Origin: a bacterium
GTDB lineage: Bacteria > Patescibacteriota > Minisyncoccia > Phycocordibacterales > Phycocordibacteraceae
Reading direction: 5' to 3'
Assembly (NCBI GenBank): GCA_021811365.1
Contig: JAJZPB010000003.1
Span: forward strand, 1-60,854
DNA length: 60,854 nucleotides
The notes under the pieces were generated by a model that was not told the DNA's origin, did no database searches, and worked only from the letters and a program-made list of their open reading frames with translations. Positions 29,061 to 37,590 of the stretch are shown one piece after another. The position numbers and the translations under genes were made by a program. Each line of letters begins with the position of its first letter. Within the stretch, counting starts at the first letter, position 1.

Positions 29061-29408
29061 TCACTTCGGCTCGCCTTTTGTTTGTAGTGCCAAAAGATAT
29101 TTTTTTACTGGAGCTGCTACGGTAGCAGCGGTTATGTTCCGCTCAATGCAATATGGGGATGAAAACCAGTCCGGTAACTTTTTTACTCCTCTGCTCGAAT
29201 TACAGCTCCCGCAACAAATGACGATCTCTTCCGCCTGTAGACCGTCCTTCCAGTAGAAGGGGCCAGCAAAATTCAAATGCTCAATGGTCGCCCAGTCCCG
29301 CCGGTTCGTGCCGGTGCAGGGCTGCATTATTTTGTGGCAGTACACGCACGCAGTGTCACGTGCTTTTATACGCCGCAATACTACTTCAGGAATGCCGAAT
29401 TTGCTCAC
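29061..29408 (-). CDS. Small HNH endonuclease-family protein
   Basis: CVYC...ATIEHL...ICCGSCNSSRG zinc-HNH pattern. Confidence 0.8.
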   Translation of the reverse strand: MSKFGIPEVVLRRIKARDTACVYCHKIMQPCTGTNRRDWATIEHLNFAGPFYWKDGLQAEEIVICCGSCNSSRGVKKLPDWFSSPYCIERNITAATVAAPVKKYLLALQTKGEPK

Positions 29409-29435
29409 TAGAGATGTTGGAGAACGCGTAACGGG

Positions 29436-29714
29436 TTAATCTTCTGGGTTTCCATATCGCCTCCCGATGTCGTCTTCAGTGGCGAAAAATGCTGCAATTG
29501 TGTGCGACCACACTCGTGTAGCCACATCGAGAAAAACCTTGGGTGGAACAGGCATAGCTTCGCCTGTCACGACGAATTTCCAGTCTTCTTTCTTTACGCC
29601 GTACGAATCTTTGCTCAAAAAATCCGTCCAATATGCCACGGTGTTCGGTCCGGCGTACTTGAGGCAGAGGGCTAGAAACTCCTCCTTGGAAATATCCTTT
29701 TCCGACGTTTCCAT
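29436..29714 (-). CDS. Hypothetical protein (92 aa)
   Basis: Start METSEKDISK with TATAGT 6 nt upstream; natural amino-acid composition. Confidence 0.65.
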   Translation of the reverse strand: METSEKDISKEEFLALCLKYAGPNTVAYWTDFLSKDSYGVKKEDWKFVVTGEAMPVPPKVFLDVATRVWSHTIAAFFATEDDIGRRYGNPED

Positions 29715-29856
29715 ACGCGAACTATAACACCAGAATTTTGGGAAGCTTTCTGAGAAGCTGTTTTCCCAGCTTGGCAACCTATAGCCATTCGTACGGACAG
29801 GTGTTCGTGCACCGAGCAGAATTTCCAGGAACGAGGATCTGTGGAATGATAGGTCC

Positions 29857-30435
29857 ATGATATTTACCCCACGCATGCAGAAGGCCGTCCGCTTTATGGT
29901 GAAGACGCACGAGGTGTACCAGAAGCAAAAGCGCAAAGGGAAAGACATTCCATACCTAACACACCCCTTTACTGCTGGCCTGATTCTTGCAAAGGCAGGT
30001 GCACACGAGGACGTGGTCATAGCGGGCCTGCTCCACGACACCATGGAGGACAGTCTCGACCACAAAAAGGTAACCCACGAGATGCTTGAAGAACGTTTTG
30101 GTAAACCGGTTGCCGACCTTGTGCAGAGTGTAAGTGAGCCGGTGAAAGACGCGGGCTGGGCAGAGCGCAAGCAAGCGGCACTGGGTCACATCGCCTTCTT
30201 CTCGCATGAATCCGTGCTTGTTAAGTCTGCCGATGTCCTGAGCAACACGGTAGAGCTGCTCGACGACTACGCCGCCGATGGCGAGGCAACGTTTGAGCGT
30301 TTCAATGCTGGGAAGACGCAAATTCTTGAGCGCACGCAAAAGGTGGTAGCCGCGCTGCTGGCGGCTTGGCCAGAAAGCCCGTTGGCAGAGGATCTTAGAA
30401 CTCTCTCGCAAGACGTTGCCAAAATGGCCGATTGA
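29857..30435 (+). CDS. HD-domain protein, RelA/SpoT hydrolase-like (small alarmone hydrolase / Mesh1 type)
   Basis: QKRKG...PYLTHP, AGLLHDTMED (HDxxED), VKSAD..SN. Confidence 0.85.
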   Translation: MIFTPRMQKAVRFMVKTHEVYQKQKRKGKDIPYLTHPFTAGLILAKAGAHEDVVIAGLLHDTMEDSLDHKKVTHEMLEERFGKPVADLVQSVSEPVKDAGWAERKQAALGHIAFFSHESVLVKSADVLSNTVELLDDYAADGEATFERFNAGKTQILERTQKVVAALLAAWPESPLAEDLRTLSQDVAKMAD

Positions 30436-30531
30436 GATTCAGTTCCTGGAGGTACGAAACAGTCACTGCGGTATCTGCGGGTACGCTATACTTAAATCGA
30501 TGGTCCTGACTCGCTGGATCTCTCTTTTAGC

Positions 30532-31188
30532 ATGAGCGCGGGCATTAAACAGATGCCAGCGCATGAGCGGCCGCGCGAGAAGCTTATTGCCAAAGGCGTT
30601 GAGAACCTTTCCGACAAAGAGTTGCTCGCCATTCTTTTGCGCACCGGAAGAGCGGGGAAGAGTGCGCTCGATATCGCCGAAGGCATCCTCGCGAAGTATC
30701 CGAAAAGAAAAGTGCTCGACGTGACTTTTGAGGAACTTACAGCAGTGAAAGGAATTGATGCGGGGAAGGCGTGCACGCTGCTTGCGGCATTTGAGTTCAC
30801 GAAGCGTGCAGAGGGCGCGCGCCAAAACGGCCGGCCCATCATCGACTCTGACGAAGCGGCACTCGCGCAGCTCCACGACATCCGCGCCCACAAGAAGGAG
30901 CATTTTGTTGCGCTCTACTTGAATGCGCGCAACGAGCTCATCCACCGCGAAGACATCTCCGTAGGCACCGTAAACGCAAGCATCGTCCACCCGCGCGACG
31001 TTTTCGCCCCTGCACTCGAGCACAACGCCACAGGGGTCATCGTCGCCCACAACCATCCCTCAGGTTTCCCGGACCCCTCTCCCGAAGACCGTGAGGTCAC
31101 CACTCGCCTCCGCGAGGCAGGTAAGCTTATGGGCGTGCGGCTCATTTCGCATCTTATCCTTACGAGTGATTCGCAGCACCGGGCATGA
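30532..31188 (+). CDS. radC: RadC-family JAB-domain protein
   Basis: RPREKL...LSDKELLAILLRTG, VHPRDVF, AHNHPSG.P.PS.ED. Confidence 0.93.
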   Translation: MSAGIKQMPAHERPREKLIAKGVENLSDKELLAILLRTGRAGKSALDIAEGILAKYPKRKVLDVTFEELTAVKGIDAGKACTLLAAFEFTKRAEGARQNGRPIIDSDEAALAQLHDIRAHKKEHFVALYLNARNELIHREDISVGTVNASIVHPRDVFAPALEHNATGVIVAHNHPSGFPDPSPEDREVTTRLREAGKLMGVRLISHLILTSDSQHRA

Positions 31189-31191
31189 CCG

Positions 31192-31635
31192 TTGAGAGCA
31201 AAAGCGTTTTTGAGACGGCTTCGCGCGCTGAATAAGCTCGTCGGAGAGTACTTTCGACTAGAAAAAGGAGCTCTTATTGAAAAACATGCAGAGCTTTTGC
31301 GGGTGTTTGATGTACGCGGATCAAAGCACAAGGATCATCCACACAAAAGAATGCGGGTATACATAACTAGGCGTGCGCTTAAGCACGTTGTGGAAAGCAG
31401 AAAAGAGCAGGTGCTGATTCGCCACACGGAGGAAGAGGCACTAGAGGCAGTTTGTTTCGCGTTGGATCATATGCCGGAGACTATCATTCACTTCGACAAG
31501 TTCGAATACGAACCACCGACGTATTGTTATCAAAAAGACTTTGCACCAGAAGGAAAGCCTATGTTACGCATTGCGCTCGAGTTGCGTGCCGGTAGACTGG
31601 AAATAAAGTCGATACACTTTAAGAAAAGAAAATAA
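31192..31635 (+). CDS. Hypothetical basic protein, possibly BECR-fold nuclease-like
   Basis: 147-aa ORF right after radC; YITRRALKHVVESR and C-terminal IKSIHF resemble phage-BECR/MuF-type patterns (weak). Confidence 0.55.
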   Translation: MRAKAFLRRLRALNKLVGEYFRLEKGALIEKHAELLRVFDVRGSKHKDHPHKRMRVYITRRALKHVVESRKEQVLIRHTEEEALEAVCFALDHMPETIIHFDKFEYEPPTYCYQKDFAPEGKPMLRIALELRAGRLEIKSIHFKKRK

Positions 31636-31661
31636 GAAAACCACCCGGAGGTGGCGTTCTT
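31634..31661. terminator. Terminator hairpin with U-tract on the minus strand
   Basis: AAGAAAACCACC-cgga-GGTGGCGTTCTT; the minus strand is followed by TTTTCTTATTTTCTTTTCTT. Confidence 0.7.
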
Positions 31662-31665
31662 AGGT

Positions 31666-31771
31666 GTAGCTTGGGGGGGGGGGACGGCAGGCGCCGAAGG
31701 CGCCAGTTCCACCCATGAGTACATCGTTTGATAGATGTCCGCAGCGAGCCGATTTTCTGCCGTCAAGCCAC
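31666..31771 (-). ncRNA. Candidate ~106-nt structured small RNA of unrecognised family
   Basis: 5' GUGGCUUG-ACGGCAG pairs with 3' CUGCCGU-(C10)-CAAGCUAC; internal hairpins; consensus promoter upstream and terminator downstream; the start codon position reads GTG-GCT-TGA. Confidence 0.55.
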
Positions 31772-31777
31772 GGGCGC

Positions 31778-31806
31778 ATTATACGCAAATGGCAGCTTAA
31801 TTTCAA
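31778..31806 (-). promoter_or_regulatory. Near-consensus sigma70 promoter firing leftward
   Basis: Minus strand TTGAAA (31806-31801)-N17-TATAAT (31783-31778). Confidence 0.8.
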
Positions 31807-31878
31807 GTGAGGCCACACATTTGTGGACTGCACGCCACCCTATGAAAAATGAAGATTTTGTGGGATAGTCTTCATATT

Positions 31879-34218
31879 ATGGGCTCGCTAAACGAAGCAG
31901 AAACGCGCTCTCGCCTCATCCGGCCAGCCTTTGTGCGTGCGGGCTGGGAGGAAAAACAAATCAGCGAGGAGGTGCCGTTTACGGCTGGCCGCATCATGGT
32001 GCGCGGCAAGACCATCTCCCGCGGAGAAAAGAAGCGCGCCGACTTCGTTCTCTACTACAAAAACAACCTGCCTATCGCGGTCGTTGAAGCGAAAGATATC
32101 AGCCACACCATTTCAGACGGCATACAGCAGGCACTTGAATACGCGGACATTCTCGACATTCCGTTCGTGTATAGCTCAAACGGCGAGGGCTTTGTTGAGC
32201 ACGACAAGCTTGCAGTGGGCGCGATTGAAAAGGAGCTATCCCTCGAGGCATTTCCATCGCCCGATGAGCTGTACCAGCGCTACTGCAAGGCTAAAGGCAT
32301 TACGCAAGAAAGCGGAACAGCGCTCATACAGGAATATCATCCCACGACCAAGCCTCGTTATTTCCAGCGCGTTGCGATCAATCGCGTCGTGGAAGCAGTT
32401 GCCAAAGGGCAGCAGCGCATTTTGCTCGTCATGGCGACCGGCACGGGTAAAACGTATACTGCGTTCCAAATCATTTGGCGGCTCTGGAAGTCGAAGCAGA
32501 AGCAGCGCATCTTGTTCCTTGTTGACCGCACGGCGCTCTCCGACCAAACATTCAAAAGCGACTTCCGCCACTTTGGCGATGCTCTCACGCAAGTCAAAGG
32601 TCCAAACGTCGACCCGGCCTACGAGGTGTACATCGCGCTCTACCAAGGGCTCATGGGCGGCGAAGCTGTAGAAAAGTTCAAGCAGTTCTCGCCGGACTTC
32701 TTTGACCTCATTGTGATCGATGAGTGTCACCGCGGGAGCGCTAAAGAAGACAGCGAGTGGCGCGCCATTCTCGATTACTACCAGTCCGCGACGCAAATCG
32801 GCCTTACGGCTACGCCGAAGGCGGCTGACGACGCGAACAACTTTGAATACTTTGGCGAGCCCATTTACACCTACTCGCTCAAGCAGGGGATTGAGGACGG
32901 CTTCCTTGCGCCATACAAAGTAATCCGCTACATCACCGACAAAGAAGAGTGGCGACCCGATAGCCTTGTGCGCGATAGTGCCGGGAACGAAGTCGAAGAC
33001 CGGATCTATACCACGGCCGACTACGATGCAAAAATCGTTATTGACGCTCGTACGAAACTGGTCGCCGAAAAGGTCGTAGAATTCATGCGCCAGACCGACC
33101 CCATGCAAAAGACGATTGTCTTCTGCGTAGATCAGGATCACGCCGCGCGGATGCGCCAGGCGCTCGTCAATGCGGCGGGCGACCTCGCGCGAGAAAACGC
33201 GCGCTACGTCGTGCGCATCACGGGCGATGACCAGGCAGGGAAGCTCGAAATCGACAATTTCATCAACCCCGAATCGCCGTATCCGGTCATTGCGACCACC
33301 TCAAAGCTCCTCTCGACGGGTGTGGACACGCAGACGGTGAAGCTCATTGTGCTCGATGCGCCCATGAACTCCATGACCGAGTTTAAGCAGATCATCGGCC
33401 GTGGCACGCGCGTAAACGAGCAGTACGGCAAGTACTACTTCACCATTATGGATTTCCGCAATGTGACGCGGCTCTTTGCGGACCCCGACTTCGACGGTGA
33501 AGCGGTCGAAACCTACGACGCGAAAGCGGAAGAAACCATTCCAGTGAAAGAAATCCTCGAAAAGGAAACCGTTTCTGAAGCGGAAATCTATCGCTCAAAT
33601 CCACGCGAAGAGATTCTCATTGACGGAACGGACACGGACCCACGGCCTAAAAAGATCCACATCACCGATGGTGTCACCTTTGATGTCGTACACAAGGTCG
33701 TGCAGTACATCGACCCGGCCACCGGCAAGCTGCGTACGGACACCATTGAGAAATTTAGCCAGCAGGCTATTCTCAGCAGTTTCGCTTCGCTTGAAGACTT
33801 CCTTAGCCGGTGGAATGCCGAAACACGCAAAGAAGCGCTCATTGTTGAGCTCGAGGCGCAGGGCATCATGTTTGACGAGCTGCGCGAAGACGTCGGTCAG
33901 GATTGCGATATCTTCGATCTCATTCTGCACGTCGCCTATGGCAAGAAGCCGCTCACGCGGAGCGAGCGACTCAAGAAGGCGAGGGCTAGCGACTACTTCG
34001 CCAAGTACGAGGGCAAAGCACGGGAAATCATCGACCATCTGCTTGAGAAGTATGCGGAGCACGGCATCACCGCCATAGACGACATTGGCGACCTCACCGT
34101 TTCGCCCTTTAGCGAGTACGGCGGGCCGGTGGAGATTGTTGAGGAAATCTTTGGCGGTCGAGAGAAATACCTAGAAGTAATTCGGGAGATAGAGCAGCAG
34201 CTTTATACTGCTGAATAG
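31879..34218 (+). CDS. hsdR: Type I restriction enzyme R subunit (EcoEI/EcoAI-like)
   Basis: AD..L...N.PIAVVEAK nuclease motif; ATGTGKT, DECH, TATP; EcoEI_R_C-like HVAYGKKPLTRSER. Confidence 0.95.
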   Translation: MGSLNEAETRSRLIRPAFVRAGWEEKQISEEVPFTAGRIMVRGKTISRGEKKRADFVLYYKNNLPIAVVEAKDISHTISDGIQQALEYADILDIPFVYSSNGEGFVEHDKLAVGAIEKELSLEAFPSPDELYQRYCKAKGITQESGTALIQEYHPTTKPRYFQRVAINRVVEAVAKGQQRILLVMATGTGKTYTAFQIIWRLWKSKQKQRILFLVDRTALSDQTFKSDFRHFGDALTQVKGPNVDPAYEVYIALYQGLMGGEAVEKFKQFSPDFFDLIVIDECHRGSAKEDSEWRAILDYYQSATQIGLTATPKAADDANNFEYFGEPIYTYSLKQGIEDGFLAPYKVIRYITDKEEWRPDSLVRDSAGNEVEDRIYTTADYDAKIVIDARTKLVAEKVVEFMRQTDPMQKTIVFCVDQDHAARMRQALVNAAGDLARENARYVVRITGDDQAGKLEIDNFINPESPYPVIATTSKLLSTGVDTQTVKLIVLDAPMNSMTEFKQIIGRGTRVNEQYGKYYFTIMDFRNVTRLFADPDFDGEAVETYDAKAEETIPVKEILEKETVSEAEIYRSNPREEILIDGTDTDPRPKKIHITDGVTFDVVHKVVQYIDPATGKLRTDTIEKFSQQAILSSFASLEDFLSRWNAETRKEALIVELEAQGIMFDELREDVGQDCDIFDLILHVAYGKKPLTRSERLKKARASDYFAKYEGKAREIIDHLLEKYAEHGITAIDDIGDLTVSPFSEYGGPVEIVEEIFGGREKYLEVIREIEQQLYTAE

Positions 34219-34222
34219 CACC

Positions 34223-34744
34223 ATGAAGAAAGACGTAAACAATTACGCGTTCATAGACAGTCAAAACGTAAATCTTGCCATCCGCGAGCTCGGTTGGAGA
34301 CTCGATTGGCGTCGTTTTCGTACCTACTTAAGGGAGAAGTACGGCGTAACGAAGTCGTTTCTGTTTATTGGGTTTGTGCAAGGAAATCAGGATTTATATA
34401 CCGCACTTCAAGATGCTGGTTTTGTGTGCGTATTCAAGCCGGCACTCACGTATAAGGATGGGACCACTAAAGGAAACTGTGACGCAGAATTGGTCTTGCA
34501 GGCAATGATCGAACGAGACAACTATGATAAGGCGATTATCGTGACTGGGGATGGAGATTTCTATTGCCTCGTCAAGTACTTTATCGATCAGCAAAAGCTT
34601 GAGGTGCTGTTGGTGCCGAATAAAAAGAAGTTCTCAGCCTTGCTCAAGGCACGAATTTGCCGACCATATTTACGGTACCTAAACGACCTGCAAGAGAAGC
34701 TGGCCTATAAAAAGAAAAGGCCCCATGAGGACGAAACCTCATAG
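34223..34744 (+). CDS. NYN / LabA-DUF88 PIN-like ribonuclease
   Basis: FIDSQN, KGNCDAELV, IVTGDGDF acidic motifs. Confidence 0.9.
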   Translation: MKKDVNNYAFIDSQNVNLAIRELGWRLDWRRFRTYLREKYGVTKSFLFIGFVQGNQDLYTALQDAGFVCVFKPALTYKDGTTKGNCDAELVLQAMIERDNYDKAIIVTGDGDFYCLVKYFIDQQKLEVLLVPNKKKFSALLKARICRPYLRYLNDLQEKLAYKKKRPHEDETS

Positions 34745-34839
34745 GGTTATCTCTTCCGTTGGTGATATCGCCAGTATACGCGCTGAACATGAAGAAATCA
34801 AGAAGCGGTAGAATACGAGAACAAGTCCAGTTTTGACCT

Positions 34840-36285
34840 ATGGCAGACATCGGCAACATCATCAAAGCGATTCAGAACATCATGCGCAAAGACGCGGGTG
34901 TCGACGGCGATGCCTTGCGCCTCTCGCAGCTTGCGTGGATGCTTTTCCTCAAGATTTTCGATGACCACGAGACGCAGCAAGAGTATGTAGACGCGGCGTA
35001 TCGTTCACCAATTCCGGAAAAACTGCGCTGGCGCAACTGGGCGGCAAACCAGGAGGGTATTACGGGTGACGAGCTCTCGGCCTTTATCGACAAAGAGCTT
35101 TTCCCGGCGCTGCGCAGTTTGCCGGTATCCGACCCGAATTCTCCGGCTGCCATCATTCAGAGCGTGTTCGTGGACTCCTACAACTACATGAAAAATGGCA
35201 CGCTTATGCGCCAGGTCATCAACAAGCTGCAGGAGATCAATTTCAACAAGAGCGCCGATCGCCACCAGTTCGGCGACGTGTACGAAAAGCTCCTTAAAGA
35301 CCTGCAGAGCGCCGGTAACTATGGCGAGTTCTACACGCCGCGCCCGCTGACGAAATTCATCGTCGAAATGGTGGACCCGAAGCTTGGCGATACCGTGCTC
35401 GACCCGGCCTGCGGCACGGGCGGCTTTCTCATAAACATCCTCGAGTACGTGCGGGCGAAGCAAGTCAAAACAGCCGCCGACGAGAAGCAGCTCGAAGCTT
35501 CCGTGCGCGGCATTGAGCTCAAGGGCTTGCCGCACCTTCTTGCCACGACCAACTTCCTCCTGCACGATGTCGAGAACCCGAGCGCGCTCAAGCACGACGA
35601 CGCGCTCGCTAAACCGCTCACGCAATGGGGCCCGGCAGATCGGGTAGACGTAATTGTGGCCAACCCGCCCTTCGGCGCCTCCGTGGCCGACGGCACGCAG
35701 GCGAATTTTCCAGCCGAGCTGCGCACCAAGGCGACCGAGCTCCTCTTCCTTCAACTTTTTATTCACCTACTTAAGCCAGGCGGCAGGGCAGGTATCGTAT
35801 TGCCCGACGGCGTCTTTTTCGCCGAAGGCGTAGCGAGCAAAATAAAAGAGAAGCTCCTCACCGAGTGCAATGTGCACACGATTGTGCGCCTGCCGCCCGG
35901 TGTCTTCAACCCGTACGCGGGCGTAAATACCAACCTCGTCTTTTTTGAGAAAGGGAAGTCCACCGAAGAAGTGTGGTACTACCAAATGCCGCTCCCCGAG
36001 GGCGTCCGCGCCTACACCAAGACCAAGCCCATTACCGAGGCAGAGTTCGATCCTGTAAAAAAGTGGTGGGGCGGAGAAGCCCGCGCGGGCCGCAAAGCCG
36101 GCCCGCGCGCCTGGCGCGTCAGCATCGCCGACATCCGCGCCCGCTCCTTCAACCTCGACTTCAAAAACCCCAACGGCCCTGCAGCAGCAGCCCAAAAAAC
36201 TCCGAAAGAGATTTTGGCCGATTTTGAAAGCAAAGAAAAACAAATCTCCGCGCTGTTGGGGGAGATGAAGAAGGAAATAGTCTAA
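34840..36285 (+). CDS. hsdM: Type I R-M methyltransferase subunit (m6A)
   Basis: GEFYTPR, DPACGTGGFL, ANPPF, GIVLPDG, VRLP.GVF.PY motifs. Confidence 0.96.
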   Translation: MADIGNIIKAIQNIMRKDAGVDGDALRLSQLAWMLFLKIFDDHETQQEYVDAAYRSPIPEKLRWRNWAANQEGITGDELSAFIDKELFPALRSLPVSDPNSPAAIIQSVFVDSYNYMKNGTLMRQVINKLQEINFNKSADRHQFGDVYEKLLKDLQSAGNYGEFYTPRPLTKFIVEMVDPKLGDTVLDPACGTGGFLINILEYVRAKQVKTAADEKQLEASVRGIELKGLPHLLATTNFLLHDVENPSALKHDDALAKPLTQWGPADRVDVIVANPPFGASVADGTQANFPAELRTKATELLFLQLFIHLLKPGGRAGIVLPDGVFFAEGVASKIKEKLLTECNVHTIVRLPPGVFNPYAGVNTNLVFFEKGKSTEEVWYYQMPLPEGVRAYTKTKPITEAEFDPVKKWWGGEARAGRKAGPRAWRVSIADIRARSFNLDFKNPNGPAAAAQKTPKEILADFESKEKQISALLGEMKKEIV

Positions 36286-36290
36286 AATCT

Positions 36291-37355
36291 ATGGCTTTTT
36301 CGAAGGTTCCAAAAATTTCAAAAAATCGAATAAATTTGGCAGGGAAAGTTCTTGCTAAAAAGAAACCAAACGGGTTAAGTCTGGAAGACGCTATTTCCAT
36401 AGCTGACGCTTGGAGGGCATGTCATGCGTACCCGATTAATACATTTCAATCAACTCTGAGACGCAAGTTAAGTAAATTTTCTAATAACCCGCTCGTTGCT
36501 CAACGACTAAAGCGCATGCCCACTATCATCGATAAATTGCATCGATATCCAAAAATGCAACTTTCCAGGATGCAGGATATTGGTGGAGTACGAGCCATCC
36601 TGGGATCCGTTCACGATGTTTATCTGTTGGCAGAAGAATACAAAGACAAAAGCCGCTTCGCGCATGAGCTTATAGGACAAAAAGACTACATTAAATGTCC
36701 TCGTGACGACGATGGGTACAGAAGTCTCCACCTTATATATAAGTATAAGAATAAGCAGGCACAAGAATACGACGGATTGTTGCTTGAGTTGCAAATACGA
36801 ACCAAATTACAACATACATGGGCAACTGCGGTTGAGACTATGGGTACTTTTCTTGGACAAGCCCTAAAATCACGACTAGGAGACAAGGCTTGGCTCGAGT
36901 TCTTTTCAGCTGTTAGCTCGACTTTTGCTTCTATCGAAAACACAAACTTGCTTGAGAAGCATAAAGCTCTATCTCAGGAAGAACTTTTTCGTAAAGTTGC
37001 TTCGATGAACGGTGAGCTAAGGGTCCTCGAAAAAATAAGAGGATATTCTATTGCGGTAAATGAAATAAACAAGAGAGGTACTTCCGACGTGGGCTGGTCC
37101 TACCATCTAATTATTTTGAATTCCGAACAGAAGACTGTACAGATCAAGCCATACAAAAGAGGAAGTATTAAACAAGCGACGGAGGATTATTCGAAAGTTG
37201 AAGAGGAGGCTACTCGAGGGAAGAAAATTGAAGCAGTTTTAGTGTCGGCGGGCCCTCTGTCTGCACTGAGACAAGCATACCCGAACTTCTTTCTTGATAT
37301 AAGCGATTTTGTCGGCCGGATTGAGTCGATCGTTGCTGAAAGCAAGAAATTATGA
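36291..37355 (+). CDS. RelA/SpoT synthetase-domain protein, fused CapRel-like toxin-antitoxin
   Basis: WRACHAYP, QRLKR, MQDIGGVR, GYRSLH, ELQIRT..QH.WATAVE; C-terminal VLVS....LRQAYPNFF resembles the CapRel antitoxin anchor. Confidence 0.85.
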   Translation: MAFSKVPKISKNRINLAGKVLAKKKPNGLSLEDAISIADAWRACHAYPINTFQSTLRRKLSKFSNNPLVAQRLKRMPTIIDKLHRYPKMQLSRMQDIGGVRAILGSVHDVYLLAEEYKDKSRFAHELIGQKDYIKCPRDDDGYRSLHLIYKYKNKQAQEYDGLLLELQIRTKLQHTWATAVETMGTFLGQALKSRLGDKAWLEFFSAVSSTFASIENTNLLEKHKALSQEELFRKVASMNGELRVLEKIRGYSIAVNEINKRGTSDVGWSYHLIILNSEQKTVQIKPYKRGSIKQATEDYSKVEEEATRGKKIEAVLVSAGPLSALRQAYPNFFLDISDFVGRIESIVAESKKL

Positions 37356-37404
37356 TGTCTTTATTTAAAGAGATCTCAAAGCAATCATCAATGATAAAAC
37401 AATC

Positions 37405-37590
37405 ATGACTAATATCATTGAATTTATTCTCAATTACTTTTTCGTCCCGATCTATATGATCTTCCGGGGCATTTGGAAACTTTTTTCGAAATTACTCAAA
37501 GACGTAACTGGCCATATATACGGCAAGATTTTAGTGCCATTTCTTGCGCTAGCCATTGTGGCATATCTTGCGCATCTCTTTATAAAATGA
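37405..37590 (+). CDS. 61-aa small membrane protein, translationally coupled to hsdS
   Basis: Hydrophobic C-terminal helix; its TGA overlaps the hsdS ATG (ATGA 37587-37590). Confidence 0.6.
   Translation: MTNIIEFILNYFFVPIYMIFRGIWKLFSKLLKDVTGHIYGKILVPFLALAIVAYLAHLFIK

Noticed and set aside
31673-31683. G11 tract as a phase-variation switch for hsdR
   Set aside because: It lies ~195 nt upstream, outside any coding frame or recognisable plus-strand promoter spacer; kept only as part of the sRNA candidate.
31666-31700. Twister-ribozyme-like GUCCC..CAAGC on the minus strand
   Set aside because: The complementary GAGGG pseudoknot strand and the UAA cleavage context are absent; the C-run is better explained as a bulge.
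31666-31771. SRP RNA, tRNA or tmRNA identity for the sRNA candidate
   Set aside because: No CAGG/GNRA/AGCA SRP core, no T-loop GTTCRA, no CCA end.
34721-34746. Hammerhead-like ATGAG-GAC-GAAAC
   Set aside because: Lacks CUGA and stem II; folds as a simple hairpin.
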